Source of the DNA: a virus
Lineage: Duplodnaviria > Caudoviricetes
Strand: one strand, 5' to 3'
DNA length: 64,000 nucleotides
Virus record (IMG/VR): IMGVR_UViG_3300044656_000027
Location: 32,001 to 96,000 of that record
Shown here: piece after piece, positions 20,737 to 31,611 of the stretch
Numbering within the stretch: the stretch's first letter is position 1
How the letters are laid out: every line of letters starts with the position of its first letter
The notes under the pieces: generated by a model
Databases searched by the model: none
The model's input: only the letters and a program-made list of their open reading frames with translations
Told to the model about the DNA's origin: nothing
Program-made: the position numbers and the translations under genes

Positions 20737-21012
20737 TTAGTAATTAGCAGAAACGTCAGTTTCAGTCTCAGTTATAAATTCTACTTGGAATAAGCTTAGA
20801 TGCGCACCAGTTCCATAAAGGCTTACCCAGTTAAAACTAGTTAAGTCAGCCTTTATAGCAGAGATCATTCTATTGAGTTGCGTAGATGTAGCAGAATATT
20901 GATTGATGTATATACCAACATTTTCTACTATACTGCCAGAACCGTCTTGTACCTGATATCCAATTAGATATACTGGATAATCAAATGTCTGACCATTTCT
21001 AAATAGAGACAT
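20737..21012 (-). CDS. hypothetical (possible fibre chaperone)
   Basis: AT-rich 91-aa ORF directly after fibre gene; start MSLFRN. Confidence 0.55.
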   Translation of the reverse strand: MSLFRNGQTFDYPVYLIGYQVQDGSGSIVENVGIYINQYSATSTQLNRMISAIKADLTSFNWVSLYGTGAHLSLFQVEFITETETDVSANY

Positions 21013-21013
21013 A

Positions 21014-23296
21014 TTAAGCCATTCTTCTAATGTCCCCACCCAACAAGCTTACAGTCTGAGCAGAACTCAGGTTGATCTGTACAGCTAGAGCAGATGTGGA
21101 CGTGGTTACGATGGTGACTGGTGCGCTTGATGTGATCAAGAATGGGGTAAGAGCACCTGTAGTTGATGAAGTTCCGATCTGGAATTCCAGAACACCTACA
21201 GCAGAAGTAGTGCTTCGGATGTTTACTACTCCTCTAAACGCAAATGGATACGTCAGAGAAGCAGTTAGAGAAGGAGCAGTACCTATAGTTGCCAACGCTG
21301 TACCTGCCCAGTACAATCCAAAGCCCATTGTAGTGGCCGTGGAGTTCGTAGTGATTGTTCCATATCCATTAATCTCGTATACAGCACCAGCAATAGCATC
21401 GTTAGCAGGAACATTGAAGGTGTATAACGCCTGCAAACCTGTAGTAGTTACGGAGGCCGTAGCCGTTACCTGGTTTGCTAGACCCGCCTCAGTAAGAACA
21501 AGACCATTTGAATTACGTGTCTTTAAGTTTCCACCTTGGCTATACAGCAAACCTCCACCAGTAGGATTGGTAGTTGGAACAGTCGTAGCGTTAGCTAGCT
21601 TAAGCTCACCAACACCATTATCTCCCAGATCCGTAGCCGTACCTACAAGAAGGTTGGGCTGAGCATAGAACACAGTTGCCGCTGCACGGCCCGTAAAGGC
21701 ATCTCTGGCGGCCGATCCTGACCCGTAAGCCTGAGAACCATCTCCGAGCAGTCTGTATCGGTCAAACGTGTCCGCACCGTTTACGTTGCTGGAGATAATA
21801 GTGTTTCCTACAACTGTTGGCTGCGAGGCAATCAGACCGTTGGTAATGATGGCGTTACCTGAGGCAGGCAGGAATCTAGTGGTAGTAGCAAAGGTGTACT
21901 GACCGCTGGTTGCCTCTAGCACTCCCAAGGGGGAATTAGTAAACCAGTTGGTAGAAGAAGCACCAGTTCCACCAAACGCACAGTTGAATACACGAACAGG
22001 AGCAGAAGCCGGGAAGTTGATAGTCTGCTGAACTCCAGCTACACCAGTGGAAACAATAGGAGAATCGAAACGACATCCACTGATGTACCCATTGGAAGAA
22101 CCAGACCAGTTGATGTCATAGTTCGTACCCGTTGCACCAGCACCAGAAGTGGAGAAGAACACGTCAGTGAAGTGAACTACAGCACCAGTACCCGTAATGG
22201 CAGCGCCATGTGTCTGGTTGTTGATGAAGCGCAAGGTATTGAAGCGAAGCTGTGTAGCTCCACCTGTTACATTCAAACCAATAAGACCCTGCTGAATAAC
22301 TCCACCATTGAGCTGAACGTTTTGCGGAGAACCATTGGGTCCGTCCTCAATCAATACACAGTTACCCGTGCTTGGTCCGAGACCGTCGAAGTTCTTGATG
22401 AACTGCGCTGCACAGTTTCCCTTAATGTGGAGTGACGCACCAGTTCCCAAAGAAGTCCAGACCAGGTTGTTGCTAGTCAGAACATCCCAAGAGTCTTCGA
22501 TGTGAATACCGTCAAGGTTGGCAGAAGCTCCCGTGGTGACACCACCAGAGATGATCTCGTTGTTCAGAATGAAGGAGTTGACAGCGAAACCTGATGCAGT
22601 GTTTCCGATGAATCTAATTCCCCCAGCAGAAGAGCGGATGATGTTGTGGGAGATCATCGTTCCGTCAGGGTTGTTGCTTGTTCCAGTTCCACCAATGATG
22701 TTGACTGCCCAACCGTTAATGAACCAGAACACACAACGAGAAACCTTACCTCTACGAACCGAGTTGACTTGGATAGCATCAGCCACAGGGTTGCTGGTGG
22801 TCGTAGAGTTGTTTCCCTGGATAGTCAAGTCAGTAACTTCACAGGTATTGGCTGTGATGTTGAAGACGGTAGAACCCGCGAAGGATGTACCAATAGTAAT
22901 CTTGGCGGCTTCGGCCCCAGCACCCATAATCTTGGTGCCCACATTGGAGACCGTTACGGCTGAGCTGTTGAACAGGTAGTTACCTGGTGGAACGTATACA
23001 GTTCCTCCCGCAGTGGCAGCATTACACGCAGCCTGGAAGGCAGCAGTGTCATCAGCGACACCATTACCTAAAGCGCCATAGTCCTTGACGTTGTAGTTGT
23101 TTACACCAGAGACGGCACCTGAGGAGATACCTAGATTCTGTCTGGCGAGAGGAACGTTAGTCAGGTCAGATAGATTGTTGGCAGCCTGTAGAGAGGACGC
23201 AATGGCACCAGTAGTATTCGCGTCCAATTGCGCCAAGATGGTATTAAGAGGTGCGTCCCAGTTAAGGGTTCCTCTTGCGATAGGAGTAATAGCCAT
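21014..23296 (-). CDS. fibre/spike protein with pectate-lyase-like beta-helix (putative depolymerase)
   Basis: NVKDYGALGNGVADDTAAFQAA...VYVPPGNY followed by beta-helix repeats. Confidence 0.85.
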   Translation of the reverse strand: MAITPIARGTLNWDAPLNTILAQLDANTTGAIASSLQAANNLSDLTNVPLARQNLGISSGAVSGVNNYNVKDYGALGNGVADDTAAFQAACNAATAGGTVYVPPGNYLFNSSAVTVSNVGTKIMGAGAEAAKITIGTSFAGSTVFNITANTCEVTDLTIQGNNSTTTSNPVADAIQVNSVRRGKVSRCVFWFINGWAVNIIGGTGTSNNPDGTMISHNIIRSSAGGIRFIGNTASGFAVNSFILNNEIISGGVTTGASANLDGIHIEDSWDVLTSNNLVWTSLGTGASLHIKGNCAAQFIKNFDGLGPSTGNCVLIEDGPNGSPQNVQLNGGVIQQGLIGLNVTGGATQLRFNTLRFINNQTHGAAITGTGAVVHFTDVFFSTSGAGATGTNYDINWSGSSNGYISGCRFDSPIVSTGVAGVQQTINFPASAPVRVFNCAFGGTGASSTNWFTNSPLGVLEATSGQYTFATTTRFLPASGNAIITNGLIASQPTVVGNTIISSNVNGADTFDRYRLLGDGSQAYGSGSAARDAFTGRAAATVFYAQPNLLVGTATDLGDNGVGELKLANATTVPTTNPTGGGLLYSQGGNLKTRNSNGLVLTEAGLANQVTATASVTTTGLQALYTFNVPANDAIAGAVYEINGYGTITTNSTATTMGFGLYWAGTALATIGTAPSLTASLTYPFAFRGVVNIRSTTSAVGVLEFQIGTSSTTGALTPFLITSSAPVTIVTTSTSALAVQINLSSAQTVSLLGGDIRRMA

Positions 23297-23305
23297 TAAA
23301 ACCTC

Positions 23306-25198
23306 TTATACAGTAAACCACTTAGTAGTATTGCCCCCGCCAGGAACAACCTTTACGTGCTGGTATTGGGTGGTTAGGGAAACAGTTGCAGCACCATCAA
23401 TAGTATCTCCTGCGTGTGCCGCAACGGTTACTGCGTTAGCGGTACTGTCGATCTTCTTAACTGTATACGTATTAGGAGTCCACGCTGCTGGAATCAATGT
23501 AATGGTTACAGGTCCAGCAGTAGCATCAACTAGGATCGTGTCATCTACTACGCTAACCGTGTAGTTAGCAGTCTTCGTAACGATCGGATAAGCACTCTGA
23601 CCATTGATGATCTTCAAACCTGTAGGGGAAGTTGTCACGTTGGCCACGGTGTACAGACCGGTCAGCTTGATAGTTCCCAAACAAGACTGCAAAGCTGCGC
23701 CACTTTGTCTGTCTACGAATGTAGGTGCACCAGCTTCAGTGTCTAGTTGAACAATGTCAATGAACGGACCAATACCAGCGGAACCCGCACCGAAAACATT
23801 CATGACATTAGTGCAAGCCTCAATGGAAAGCTGGGCTGCATAGAAAGCGTGTGTGGCACCAACTCCACCAAAGTAAGCCCCCGTTGGACAGTAACCAGAC
23901 CAGCAGTAAAGGATACGTGCTGAATCAATAACTGTGTGTTCAGTAGCCAGGAATCCGAAGGTGTACCCACCGTGACAGGTCAGGTTGCGAACCTCACACA
24001 GGTCATTGTTTCCATTGGCAGGCATAAGCCAACCGATAACCACACCGTTAGCCAGTAGTCCACCGACATTAAGCTCGTTGGATGGAACAGTCCCCGTGGT
24101 TCCATATCCGAAATCAATTAGAGTGCAGTTGGACATTCCACTCATGTCTCCCGCGCTGTATCCGATTCCATAAGCCGTGTACGCAGTAAGGATAGACATG
24201 TTGGTGAAGGTCACACCCATGTTGCTGAATACACCAGGGCTGACCCCATATCCACCTGGCTGAGACGGACCACCAATAACACACGCATTTCCGTTGTTAT
24301 TGATAGCAGTATTCTGTGCAGCAACGCTGGCAAAGGAACCGAAGGATACCCAGGTAGATCCAGAGAACTGTGGAATAGTCTGCTGCCAGTGCTCAAGCAG
24401 TGCACCGTTTCCAATTCCACGGAATGTGATGTTGGACTTGTTTCCAGTGGTTACAACAGGTGGCAAGTAAAGCTGAGCGTTCCCATTGTGGGAGGTGTTA
24501 AGCGGGCCAGCGATTACATAGAACAGCTTAGAGGGTGCAGGAGTGAATACCTCAGCGGCACCGTGCGATGCTGCGTAGCTCACAGCATTATTAATCGCCG
24601 TCTGAATAGCTAAAGTGTCGTCTGTTCCCCAGAAGAAGTTAACATTGGAAACTGTGGTAGACGCAGTAGCGCTAACGACAATTTGATTTGCGCTGTTAAC
24701 CGTAGTAATAGTTCCGGTCAAAACATACTGTGCTGTTGTGCCTGCCTTGTGGAGCATGAAGCTCTTGCCTTGGTCCGCAACAGTGAATGAACCTCCAGTG
24801 AAATTAATGACATTCTGTCCGGAGGTCATAGAGGCGGTACCAATGATCTGTCCATCACCGACAGCACCATAGGACTGAACGTTAAACTGATCTGTGCGCG
24901 CTGGGGCAAACGCACTAGCGGAAGCTGTTGCAGCGGTTCCTAGACCTAGGTTCGTACGTGCGGTGGATACATTGGTCAAGTCACTCAAGTTATTGGCTGC
25001 AACAAGGCTTCCAGGCGTTCCTGTGGTCCATGCGGCGGTAGCTGTACCTGTGGCAGCGAGAACTTGTCCAACCGCTGGTGCATTTGTGACAGAGACACCG
25101 TTGATTTGCCCTGTTTGAGCGTCTAGGTACAGCAAAGCATTATTCAGGGTCACATCCCAGCCGGGCTGCCCTGCTGTTGGTAATACAAATCCTGTCAT
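23306..25198 (-). CDS. second fibre/spike protein with pectate-lyase-3-type N-terminal motif
   Basis: FNVQSYGAVGDG...TDDTLAIQTAIN; shares ANNLSDLTNV..AR.NLG module with the adjacent fibre. Confidence 0.8.
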   Translation of the reverse strand: MTGFVLPTAGQPGWDVTLNNALLYLDAQTGQINGVSVTNAPAVGQVLAATGTATAAWTTGTPGSLVAANNLSDLTNVSTARTNLGLGTAATASASAFAPARTDQFNVQSYGAVGDGQIIGTASMTSGQNVINFTGGSFTVADQGKSFMLHKAGTTAQYVLTGTITTVNSANQIVVSATASTTVSNVNFFWGTDDTLAIQTAINNAVSYAASHGAAEVFTPAPSKLFYVIAGPLNTSHNGNAQLYLPPVVTTGNKSNITFRGIGNGALLEHWQQTIPQFSGSTWVSFGSFASVAAQNTAINNNGNACVIGGPSQPGGYGVSPGVFSNMGVTFTNMSILTAYTAYGIGYSAGDMSGMSNCTLIDFGYGTTGTVPSNELNVGGLLANGVVIGWLMPANGNNDLCEVRNLTCHGGYTFGFLATEHTVIDSARILYCWSGYCPTGAYFGGVGATHAFYAAQLSIEACTNVMNVFGAGSAGIGPFIDIVQLDTEAGAPTFVDRQSGAALQSCLGTIKLTGLYTVANVTTSPTGLKIINGQSAYPIVTKTANYTVSVVDDTILVDATAGPVTITLIPAAWTPNTYTVKKIDSTANAVTVAAHAGDTIDGAATVSLTTQYQHVKVVPGGGNTTKWFTV

Positions 25199-25207
25199 TT
25201 AAATTCC

Positions 25208-25987
25208 TTATGAGGTAGGTTGGTAGCCACCATAGCCACCCGCACCATATAGCCCAGAGCCATACGTACCGATTGGATATTGTAGATAGGCTCCATTCAA
25301 TCGGGGAGTTACCTGAGCCAACTGCTTAGCAAAATTAGCCGCAGGGGCAGGAGTCTTGTAAGTCAGTGGATAAACGTTCTGGCCTACATTAACTGGATCG
25401 TACTTGGCTACGTTTAGGTTCCACTGCTGCTCAAAGTTATCACCAGACTGAGATACATGAGGGATAGCGTACTGAGCGAATTGAACATCATTGACCATTT
25501 CACTAGGCTTTACCTGTGTAGCGTCAACAGCAACAATGATATCTCGCTGCTGGATCTGACCAAGGATCTGGAAGCTCGTTACTCTGAATACTTTACCATC
25601 ATAAACGAATCTATCCTTTAGGTAATTCTGAGTATTGATATCCATATTATTCAGACCAAGGCGCTTTAGCTGGTCGAAAGACATAGTGACATGGGCTCTG
25701 TCGTTGGAATAGAAACCATACTCAGTATTGTCGTTGTCACCCTCAACGTGGATGACATGGAGAGCGGGAATTAATCCCTGCTCAAAGTAAATACGCCCAA
25801 GGGGGGAGTCAGCTTCTCCATAGACGGGATCTACAGAGGACTGATCATAAGCGAATCTGTAGTAGTAGATTTGGTCGCCTGTCCATCTCTGCCAATCACG
25901 AAGACCCCCATAGATAGAGCCTGTCTCGAAATCGACAGAGAAGCGACCACCTTTCCAACCAGCACGGTCAATCAAGGGAATCACCAC
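25208..25987 (-). CDS. head closure / neck protein
   Basis: DPVYGE...DRFVYDGKVFRV; follows adaptor; start refined to GTG to avoid long overlap. Confidence 0.6.
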   Translation of the reverse strand: MVIPLIDRAGWKGGRFSVDFETGSIYGGLRDWQRWTGDQIYYYRFAYDQSSVDPVYGEADSPLGRIYFEQGLIPALHVIHVEGDNDNTEYGFYSNDRAHVTMSFDQLKRLGLNNMDINTQNYLKDRFVYDGKVFRVTSFQILGQIQQRDIIVAVDATQVKPSEMVNDVQFAQYAIPHVSQSGDNFEQQWNLNVAKYDPVNVGQNVYPLTYKTPAPAANFAKQLAQVTPRLNGAYLQYPIGTYGSGLYGAGGYGGYQPTS

Positions 25988-26024
25988 ACTCTTTCTATGA
26001 GGGTCTTCAAGTAGGATGGGGAGG

Positions 26025-26849
26025 TTATAGACCCCACATCCCTCCATAAATCGGGCTTTGTATATTTGATTCGTCTTCGTCTCTTGTAGAGATCGGAGGC
26101 AACTGACGGCGTGGTAGCTCGTAGTCGTCGTACTCTCTGTCTTCGAAGATCGGTACCAGACGGTTTGTGGTCTTGGATACGCGACGAATCTTAGATACTT
26201 CGATTGCGTCAAGTCCTACATTCAGCATTGCACAGAGATGGTTGTATCTCTCGGTCATTCCGTCAATCTGCTCACGGAGCTGCTGATAACGCTGGCTACG
26301 GGGCACTGTAGTCCCGTCAGCGGAGGAGATGTCAATATCTGTGGAAGCGTCCGTTGCAAGCGCCCAGAGGGCATCTATGGACGCTCTGATGGCCACTAGG
26401 GACTCTTCTATCGGAGGAAGGTTTGATAGATCCATAGGGACACGTACGTACTTGATAAATCCGTTATTGTCCTTGAATCTCGTCTCCACGTAACGCCCGT
26501 TGGTGTGCTGGAGAACTGCTCCATTGATGAACTGCGTTAGCTCATCATCAGAGAACATTCCACCTGCTTGCCCAGAAACTACTAAGGTGTCTCCCTGAGG
26601 CAAGGGTGAGGATGGTCCTTGTAGATAGACTCTTCCCTCTTGGGTGTTCAATGTGTAGTCCGTATTAAGGACCAGCACGATTGGAGACTGGTTGTGAATC
26701 CATGTGATAGTGACATTCCATACATTGAAATCAGTCAAGTCATACGTGGAGACCATTCCCGTACCCAAGAAAGTGTTTGAGAACGGGGCTCCAGTATCAC
26801 CTAACTCCATGCGGACTCTGTTAATGATGTCCTGAGTAGTGAAACCCAT
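26025..26849 (-). CDS. head-tail adaptor / neck protein
   Basis: RVRMELGD...FSDDELTQFI motif; downstream of capsid. Confidence 0.65.
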   Translation of the reverse strand: MGFTTQDIINRVRMELGDTGAPFSNTFLGTGMVSTYDLTDFNVWNVTITWIHNQSPIVLVLNTDYTLNTQEGRVYLQGPSSPLPQGDTLVVSGQAGGMFSDDELTQFINGAVLQHTNGRYVETRFKDNNGFIKYVRVPMDLSNLPPIEESLVAIRASIDALWALATDASTDIDISSADGTTVPRSQRYQQLREQIDGMTERYNHLCAMLNVGLDAIEVSKIRRVSKTTNRLVPIFEDREYDDYELPRRQLPPISTRDEDESNIQSPIYGGMWGL

Positions 26850-26857
26850 GGCACCCC

Positions 26858-27310
26858 TTACTGTAGCGTGAAGGTCAGGTTACCAATTGGAATAGTGATT
26901 GACTGATTCTGTGGAGCCAGAATTGGGGTGTCCCACTGCCAAGTAAGGATAACCTCACCAGTAGTACCAGATGCAGCGTTTACCAGCGCACCAAATGTAG
27001 TGGCTGTACCCGAACCATTGGCAGAGGTGAAGACACCAAAGCTGACAAGGTTGGCGTTCTGAATCTGTGAGACTCCACCAGTAGGAGTAGTAGCAGACGT
27101 AAAGGTAACCACCTGACGGGAGTACCCAGTTGCTACTAACTCAGTAAGCTCAGAGAGCTGAGGATTAGTAGGGATCGCAGCAGTAGTTGTTGGGTCAGCA
27201 GTCAAAAGCATGATGTATGCAGTTGATGGAGGAGTCCAACCACCAAGAGAGGTACCTGTAATCCAGTTGAGAATAGCGCGATCCGTCGCGTCGGTGCAAT
27301 TACCTGCCAT
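26858..27310 (-). CDS. small virion structural protein
   Basis: YI.L.TADP...GYSRQ.V.F...N...V.F pattern seen in phage virion proteins. Confidence 0.6.
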   Translation of the reverse strand: MAGNCTDATDRAILNWITGTSLGGWTPPSTAYIMLLTADPTTTAAIPTNPQLSELTELVATGYSRQVVTFTSATTPTGGVSQIQNANLVSFGVFTSANGSGTATTFGALVNAASGTTGEVILTWQWDTPILAPQNQSITIPIGNLTFTLQ

Positions 27311-27321
27311 TAGTTAGTTCC

Positions 27322-27702
27322 TTATCTAACGTATCCACCAGTCCATAGCAATCCCTTTGACTCAAGGTGCTTCGCCAATTCTACAGGAACAACGTACTTA
27401 CGTCCCTCTTCGAAATTGTAATGCTTACCTGCGCCGAAAGTCATGGACTCTAGAGTGGTGTTTGGAATGATGGTACGAGTAGGAGCCTCAAGCTCAATGT
27501 CCTTAAGGACAGTTAGGTCATCCTCTACTGGCTGAACGATAGGACCGTTTGAGTAATCAACTGGAGTAGCCGCTTCTTCATCGCGGACCTCCTGCATCAT
27601 GGAGATTTCCTTGGCGCGCTCCTTTAGCGCTTCCTGGTTCTCCTTCTGTAGACGCTCAGTCTCAATACCGGTCAAGTCTCCTGCACGCTTACGTGGTGGC
27701 AT
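27322..27702 (-). CDS. hypothetical head-region protein
   Basis: 126-aa ORF with AGGAG RBS after capsid terminator. Confidence 0.7.
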   Translation of the reverse strand: MPPRKRAGDLTGIETERLQKENQEALKERAKEISMMQEVRDEEAATPVDYSNGPIVQPVEDDLTVLKDIELEAPTRTIIPNTTLESMTFGAGKHYNFEEGRKYVVPVELAKHLESKGLLWTGGYVR

Positions 27703-27748
27703 TCTGTTCTCCTAATAAGTCACGATTGTTAGTTAGATTATATCAAGA

Positions 27749-27787
27749 AGAAAAGCCCCGCCCGAATATAGAAGGCAGGGCTTTTCT
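27749..27787 (-). terminator. intrinsic terminator after major capsid gene
   Basis: AAAAGCCC...GGGCTTTT inverted repeat with T-rich tails. Confidence 0.75.
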
Positions 27788-27796
27788 AAACAAGAA

Positions 27797-28834
27797 TTAG
27801 TTGGTGGATGCGATAACCACAGAGATGTCTGTGATCAAACCAAGTCCCCAGATAGCGTACCACGCCAAGGCGTGCTCTCTTCCGAAATCTAGGATACCAC
27901 CATCACGCAATTCTACTGGAAGAGAAATAGCGTGACCGAATGCATTATCTCCAATAAAGATGGAGTCATAACGGTTAGCGGAACCATTACCAGTGGTTAC
28001 TCCACCAGTTGTAGTATCAGCGGTCCAACCAGTTCCGGCACCACCGACTACATTTCTAACCTGAGTAGTTTCGATAAATACTACGTCATTCAATCTACCA
28101 ATTTCACCAAGCATGAAATTCCCTGGGGCCGCATACTTAGTCATTTCGATAAATTGAGGATCGTTTCTCAACCAACGGCTCTGGTGAGGGTGTACGAAAC
28201 ATACATATGTCTCGCCCAAACGTGGAACATTCTTCGTAGCCAAAGTTTCTACGGCATCGAATACAACCTGAGAAGTCAAGTTGAAGTCACCAGTCATAGA
28301 AGCGTTAGAAGTACCAGGAGTACCGATGTTGTAGTAAACCTGGTTGTTAAGTGCGCCAGTGTCCTTCTGGTATCCGAAGATTTGTGAAGAAGCCTGTAGA
28401 AGAGTGTTACGTGCACTAACGTCTAGGTAGGTGGCCATGTTACGCCCTAGAAGACGAGAAGCAGAAGCCATAACGTCATCGAAGGAAGCGTTAAGCAATA
28501 GCTCAGAAACAGCAACAGCGAATCCCTGCTCAGCCACGGTGATGGAGAACTGAGAAGCTGTCAATGGAGCAGTCTGCATACGAATACCTTCAACAAGCTG
28601 GCTAGCCTGTCCTAGGTTATTGTAACGCATAAAGTTAATTGTGAGACCAGGAGTTACCCCGAGCTCAGTCTTCTTTACGGCAAATTGCTCGAATCTTAGA
28701 ATCGGCATTGCCTGGAAGAGGATTTCCTTTGACCATATGGTCTGAATTGCTGGGGATAGCGCGGTGCTACCACCAGGGTAGGAAGTAGGGGCACCAGAGA
28801 TATTCGGAGTACCCGTGATGGCTGATCCTGCCAT
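27797..28834 (-). CDS. major capsid protein (N4 gp56 / HK97-fold family)
   Basis: LRFEQFA, G.TINF.RY..L, L.EG, YVCFVHP, GEIGRL..VVFIET, DFGR. Confidence 0.92.
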   Translation of the reverse strand: MAGSAITGTPNISGAPTSYPGGSTALSPAIQTIWSKEILFQAMPILRFEQFAVKKTELGVTPGLTINFMRYNNLGQASQLVEGIRMQTAPLTASQFSITVAEQGFAVAVSELLLNASFDDVMASASRLLGRNMATYLDVSARNTLLQASSQIFGYQKDTGALNNQVYYNIGTPGTSNASMTGDFNLTSQVVFDAVETLATKNVPRLGETYVCFVHPHQSRWLRNDPQFIEMTKYAAPGNFMLGEIGRLNDVVFIETTQVRNVVGGAGTGWTADTTTGGVTTGNGSANRYDSIFIGDNAFGHAISLPVELRDGGILDFGREHALAWYAIWGLGLITDISVVIASTN

Positions 28835-28892
28835 ATTTAGTCCTTATCATTTGTATGGGCTAGGCACCAGCCGCCCAGAGATGTTCTTAAAC

Positions 28893-29708
28893 TTAGCCTA
28901 GGATGCCACGGTCACTAGCTGCTGTACGGGCAGCCATTCCCGACTCCTGGCGGAACTTCGCATACTCACTCATGGACATGTTTGCAATGTCCTGTGGGGA
29001 GAGCTGCTTCTGTCCCATAGCCCCGTCCATTGGACCAAGGGCGGTATATCCCGTAGCTGATACTCCACGCATCTGGGACATCTGTTGTTGTCTAGCCGCA
29101 GCCACTTCATCGGCAATGGACTGAGTAGCAATCTTTGCCTGTGCTATAGCGTTATCGATCTGTTCCTTAGTTTCACCTGTGATGAAGTTATGGAACTGCG
29201 GTGCGATCTCGTTAGAGTTAGCCGATAGTGCCTGGCTTCTGTACTCTACAAGTTCATTATATGCTCTTTCCTTGGCAAGTAGTGCACGCTCATTCTCGCG
29301 CTCCATCTGGAGCTGATTAAAGCGGGATTCCCAAGTCTCGTTGGTCTCCTTAAGCTTGGCCTCTAGGAGAGCCTTTGCAGACATCTCTTCTTCCTTTTTG
29401 GCCTTCTTAGCGGATTCCTTTTCCTGACGTTCACGCTCTAAGACGCTGAGCTCTTCCTGGCGCTGCTTCTGTAGATCCTGCAATAGCTTCTGAGAGCTAC
29501 TGAACTGCTCCTTTAGGGAAGTGATCTCACTGTATAGCTTATCCTTCTCCTGCTTGCGTGCTGCGGCGATATCTGCCTCAGTGAATGTACGCTCTCCCGT
29601 AGCTCCATGCTGGAATGCTACTGGGGAAGGAGCTGGACTCTGTGCGCCGTTGTCTGGGGTTGGAGACCCAATTGCCGCGTCCAAACCCGGTTGTACTGGA
29701 GTGCCCAT
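28893..29708 (-). CDS. capsid scaffolding protein
   Basis: Coiled-coil, FTEADI..ARKQEKDKLY, C-terminal NMSMSEYAK helix; between portal and capsid. Confidence 0.85.
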   Translation of the reverse strand: MGTPVQPGLDAAIGSPTPDNGAQSPAPSPVAFQHGATGERTFTEADIAAARKQEKDKLYSEITSLKEQFSSSQKLLQDLQKQRQEELSVLERERQEKESAKKAKKEEEMSAKALLEAKLKETNETWESRFNQLQMERENERALLAKERAYNELVEYRSQALSANSNEIAPQFHNFITGETKEQIDNAIAQAKIATQSIADEVAAARQQQMSQMRGVSATGYTALGPMDGAMGQKQLSPQDIANMSMSEYAKFRQESGMAARTAASDRGILG

Positions 29709-29775
29709 TATATTATCTCCTGAATTCTCACTGTAAGTTTTCCGAATATATCCCGAATGAATTAACTTCTAAGTC

Positions 29776-31497
29776 TTACTTATTATCGTCTGTAGGAAGC
29801 TGACGTGAACCTAGCTTCGTACCGTAAGCGTCGTTTACCATTGCTCTAAGAGCTTCCATGGAACCCGCACCATCCATAGCCTGTAGGTTAGGGCTGTTGT
29901 CGATGGTTCCTGGTCCTCCGCCTGTTGGCTTCGGATTACCCTCAGAATCTAGCTGAGGTTGTGCGTTCGGGTTAGGCTCTGATCCGTCAGGACCAGGCAT
30001 AAGCCCAGTGGTCTCAACCACAATGGAATCAATCTGTGCTCTCAGCATACGTAGAGCACCGTCACGAATTGCATCCTCGTGTAGTTCGTCGTAAATTTCC
30101 TGTAGCTTGTCGTCTGGGAATTGCTCTCCCAGGTCCTTAAGCGCACCGCGACGTGATTCCAGATCCAGATTCATCATTGCCATAATCTCATTCAGCTTGA
30201 CAAGTCTGTCTACTGGCAGTGGAGATGGCCATGTGATATCTGAGAAATAAACTAGAGGGTCATTAGGATCTAATACTGGAGGCTGACCCTCTTGCATAAT
30301 TCCTTCTGTATCAGGATTATACACTAATGCTTCCGGCTCGAAGATAAATAGAGTTCTTAAAGCTAACTCATTAATCTTCTGTAGTCCCTTACCATATTGT
30401 ATCTTCTTTAATTCGAACTTTTGGATAAGGGGGAAGAATTGAATTGCTAGAGCTACACCTGATGTATTTGAAATAGGCTGGCTCTGTCCAAGTGCAGACT
30501 CAGGTACTCCAGTCATCTCGTGCATAGCACGCTTGATGGTGTTCAGTACCTCTAGTGGCCACTGTAGGTCTACACCGTTCTCAAGGTTCTGTACAGATAC
30601 TTCCTTGTTTCCGATGGACCATACTCGGTTGGTACCCTTCTCAAGCTGAGATGGCTTGGCACCGATAACCACAGTAATGGGAGCTGCGTGGTAATTAACA
30701 ATGTCAGCAATGTCCGTAGCAGTTTCATTGTACTGACGATTAAGCGTAATCAAGTCCTGCACATCGGACATTCCCCAAGGAGATCCGGAAGCAGGGTGAT
30801 TAGCAATGTGAACGATAGGAATAACGCCAAGTACGTTTGGACGCTCGTCAATAAGCTCGTCATTTACATACTCGCGAATAACATCAGAACGAATCAACTC
30901 AGTGTATGTGTAAACACTTCTGGTTCCCTCTGTGTTGGTTCCCCAAAAGCGATACTTTAGTTTGAACTCTAGCAAACGGTCACGGTCGTGTGGGTGCCAA
31001 GTGGGGAAGCAGAATGCAGAGTTAAGCGGGAGGATACGTACTCTACCCTCATGCATATTTCCTGCGTTGTCTTCCCAAGCTGGTTCGTAGGCCACCTTGA
31101 TAAACGTATCTCCAGAGACACCACCTTGCTGACCCATCTCCCAGATTACGGACTTCATATTGTTATCCTGCTGCCAAATGCGCTTTAGCAGTGCAGGAAC
31201 AATGTGGTCGTATTCCTTAACGGTGTCGAATGTGATGCCTCTGGAGAAACAGAAGTTATTGATATAGTCAGCAAAAGCCTTGATGTAATTGAAGACAAGT
31301 TGTGGATCACCAAATTCACGACGGGTTCCCCAGTGATGTCCAAGATACCAAGCCCAGTATTCTGCATAGCGATTGAGTCTTGGTCCGTGCATTTCAAATT
31401 CTTCATCGGAAAGCTCAACTAGACCTAGTGGCGAAATTGCAATCGCTAGGTCTGAGGCTGCTGCTCTCATTGATGGAGAGTAGAAAGATGTTGACAT
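29776..31497 (-). CDS. portal protein (SPP1 gp6-like)
   Basis: GD.FIKV, N.LG.IPIVHI.N, GMSD, SGVAL motifs. Confidence 0.92.
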   Translation of the reverse strand: MSTSFYSPSMRAAASDLAIAISPLGLVELSDEEFEMHGPRLNRYAEYWAWYLGHHWGTRREFGDPQLVFNYIKAFADYINNFCFSRGITFDTVKEYDHIVPALLKRIWQQDNNMKSVIWEMGQQGGVSGDTFIKVAYEPAWEDNAGNMHEGRVRILPLNSAFCFPTWHPHDRDRLLEFKLKYRFWGTNTEGTRSVYTYTELIRSDVIREYVNDELIDERPNVLGVIPIVHIANHPASGSPWGMSDVQDLITLNRQYNETATDIADIVNYHAAPITVVIGAKPSQLEKGTNRVWSIGNKEVSVQNLENGVDLQWPLEVLNTIKRAMHEMTGVPESALGQSQPISNTSGVALAIQFFPLIQKFELKKIQYGKGLQKINELALRTLFIFEPEALVYNPDTEGIMQEGQPPVLDPNDPLVYFSDITWPSPLPVDRLVKLNEIMAMMNLDLESRRGALKDLGEQFPDDKLQEIYDELHEDAIRDGALRMLRAQIDSIVVETTGLMPGPDGSEPNPNAQPQLDSEGNPKPTGGGPGTIDNSPNLQAMDGAGSMEALRAMVNDAYGTKLGSRQLPTDDNK

Positions 31498-31611
31498 GGA
31501 ATCCCATTCTACGAATTAGTGTCTCTTGGTGTAAATCTTATCACATATTAGTATTCGGCCCAGAGTATCTGTAGGTTCCAAACCTGATTAGTATTTCCTG
31601 CTGCTGTGCTA

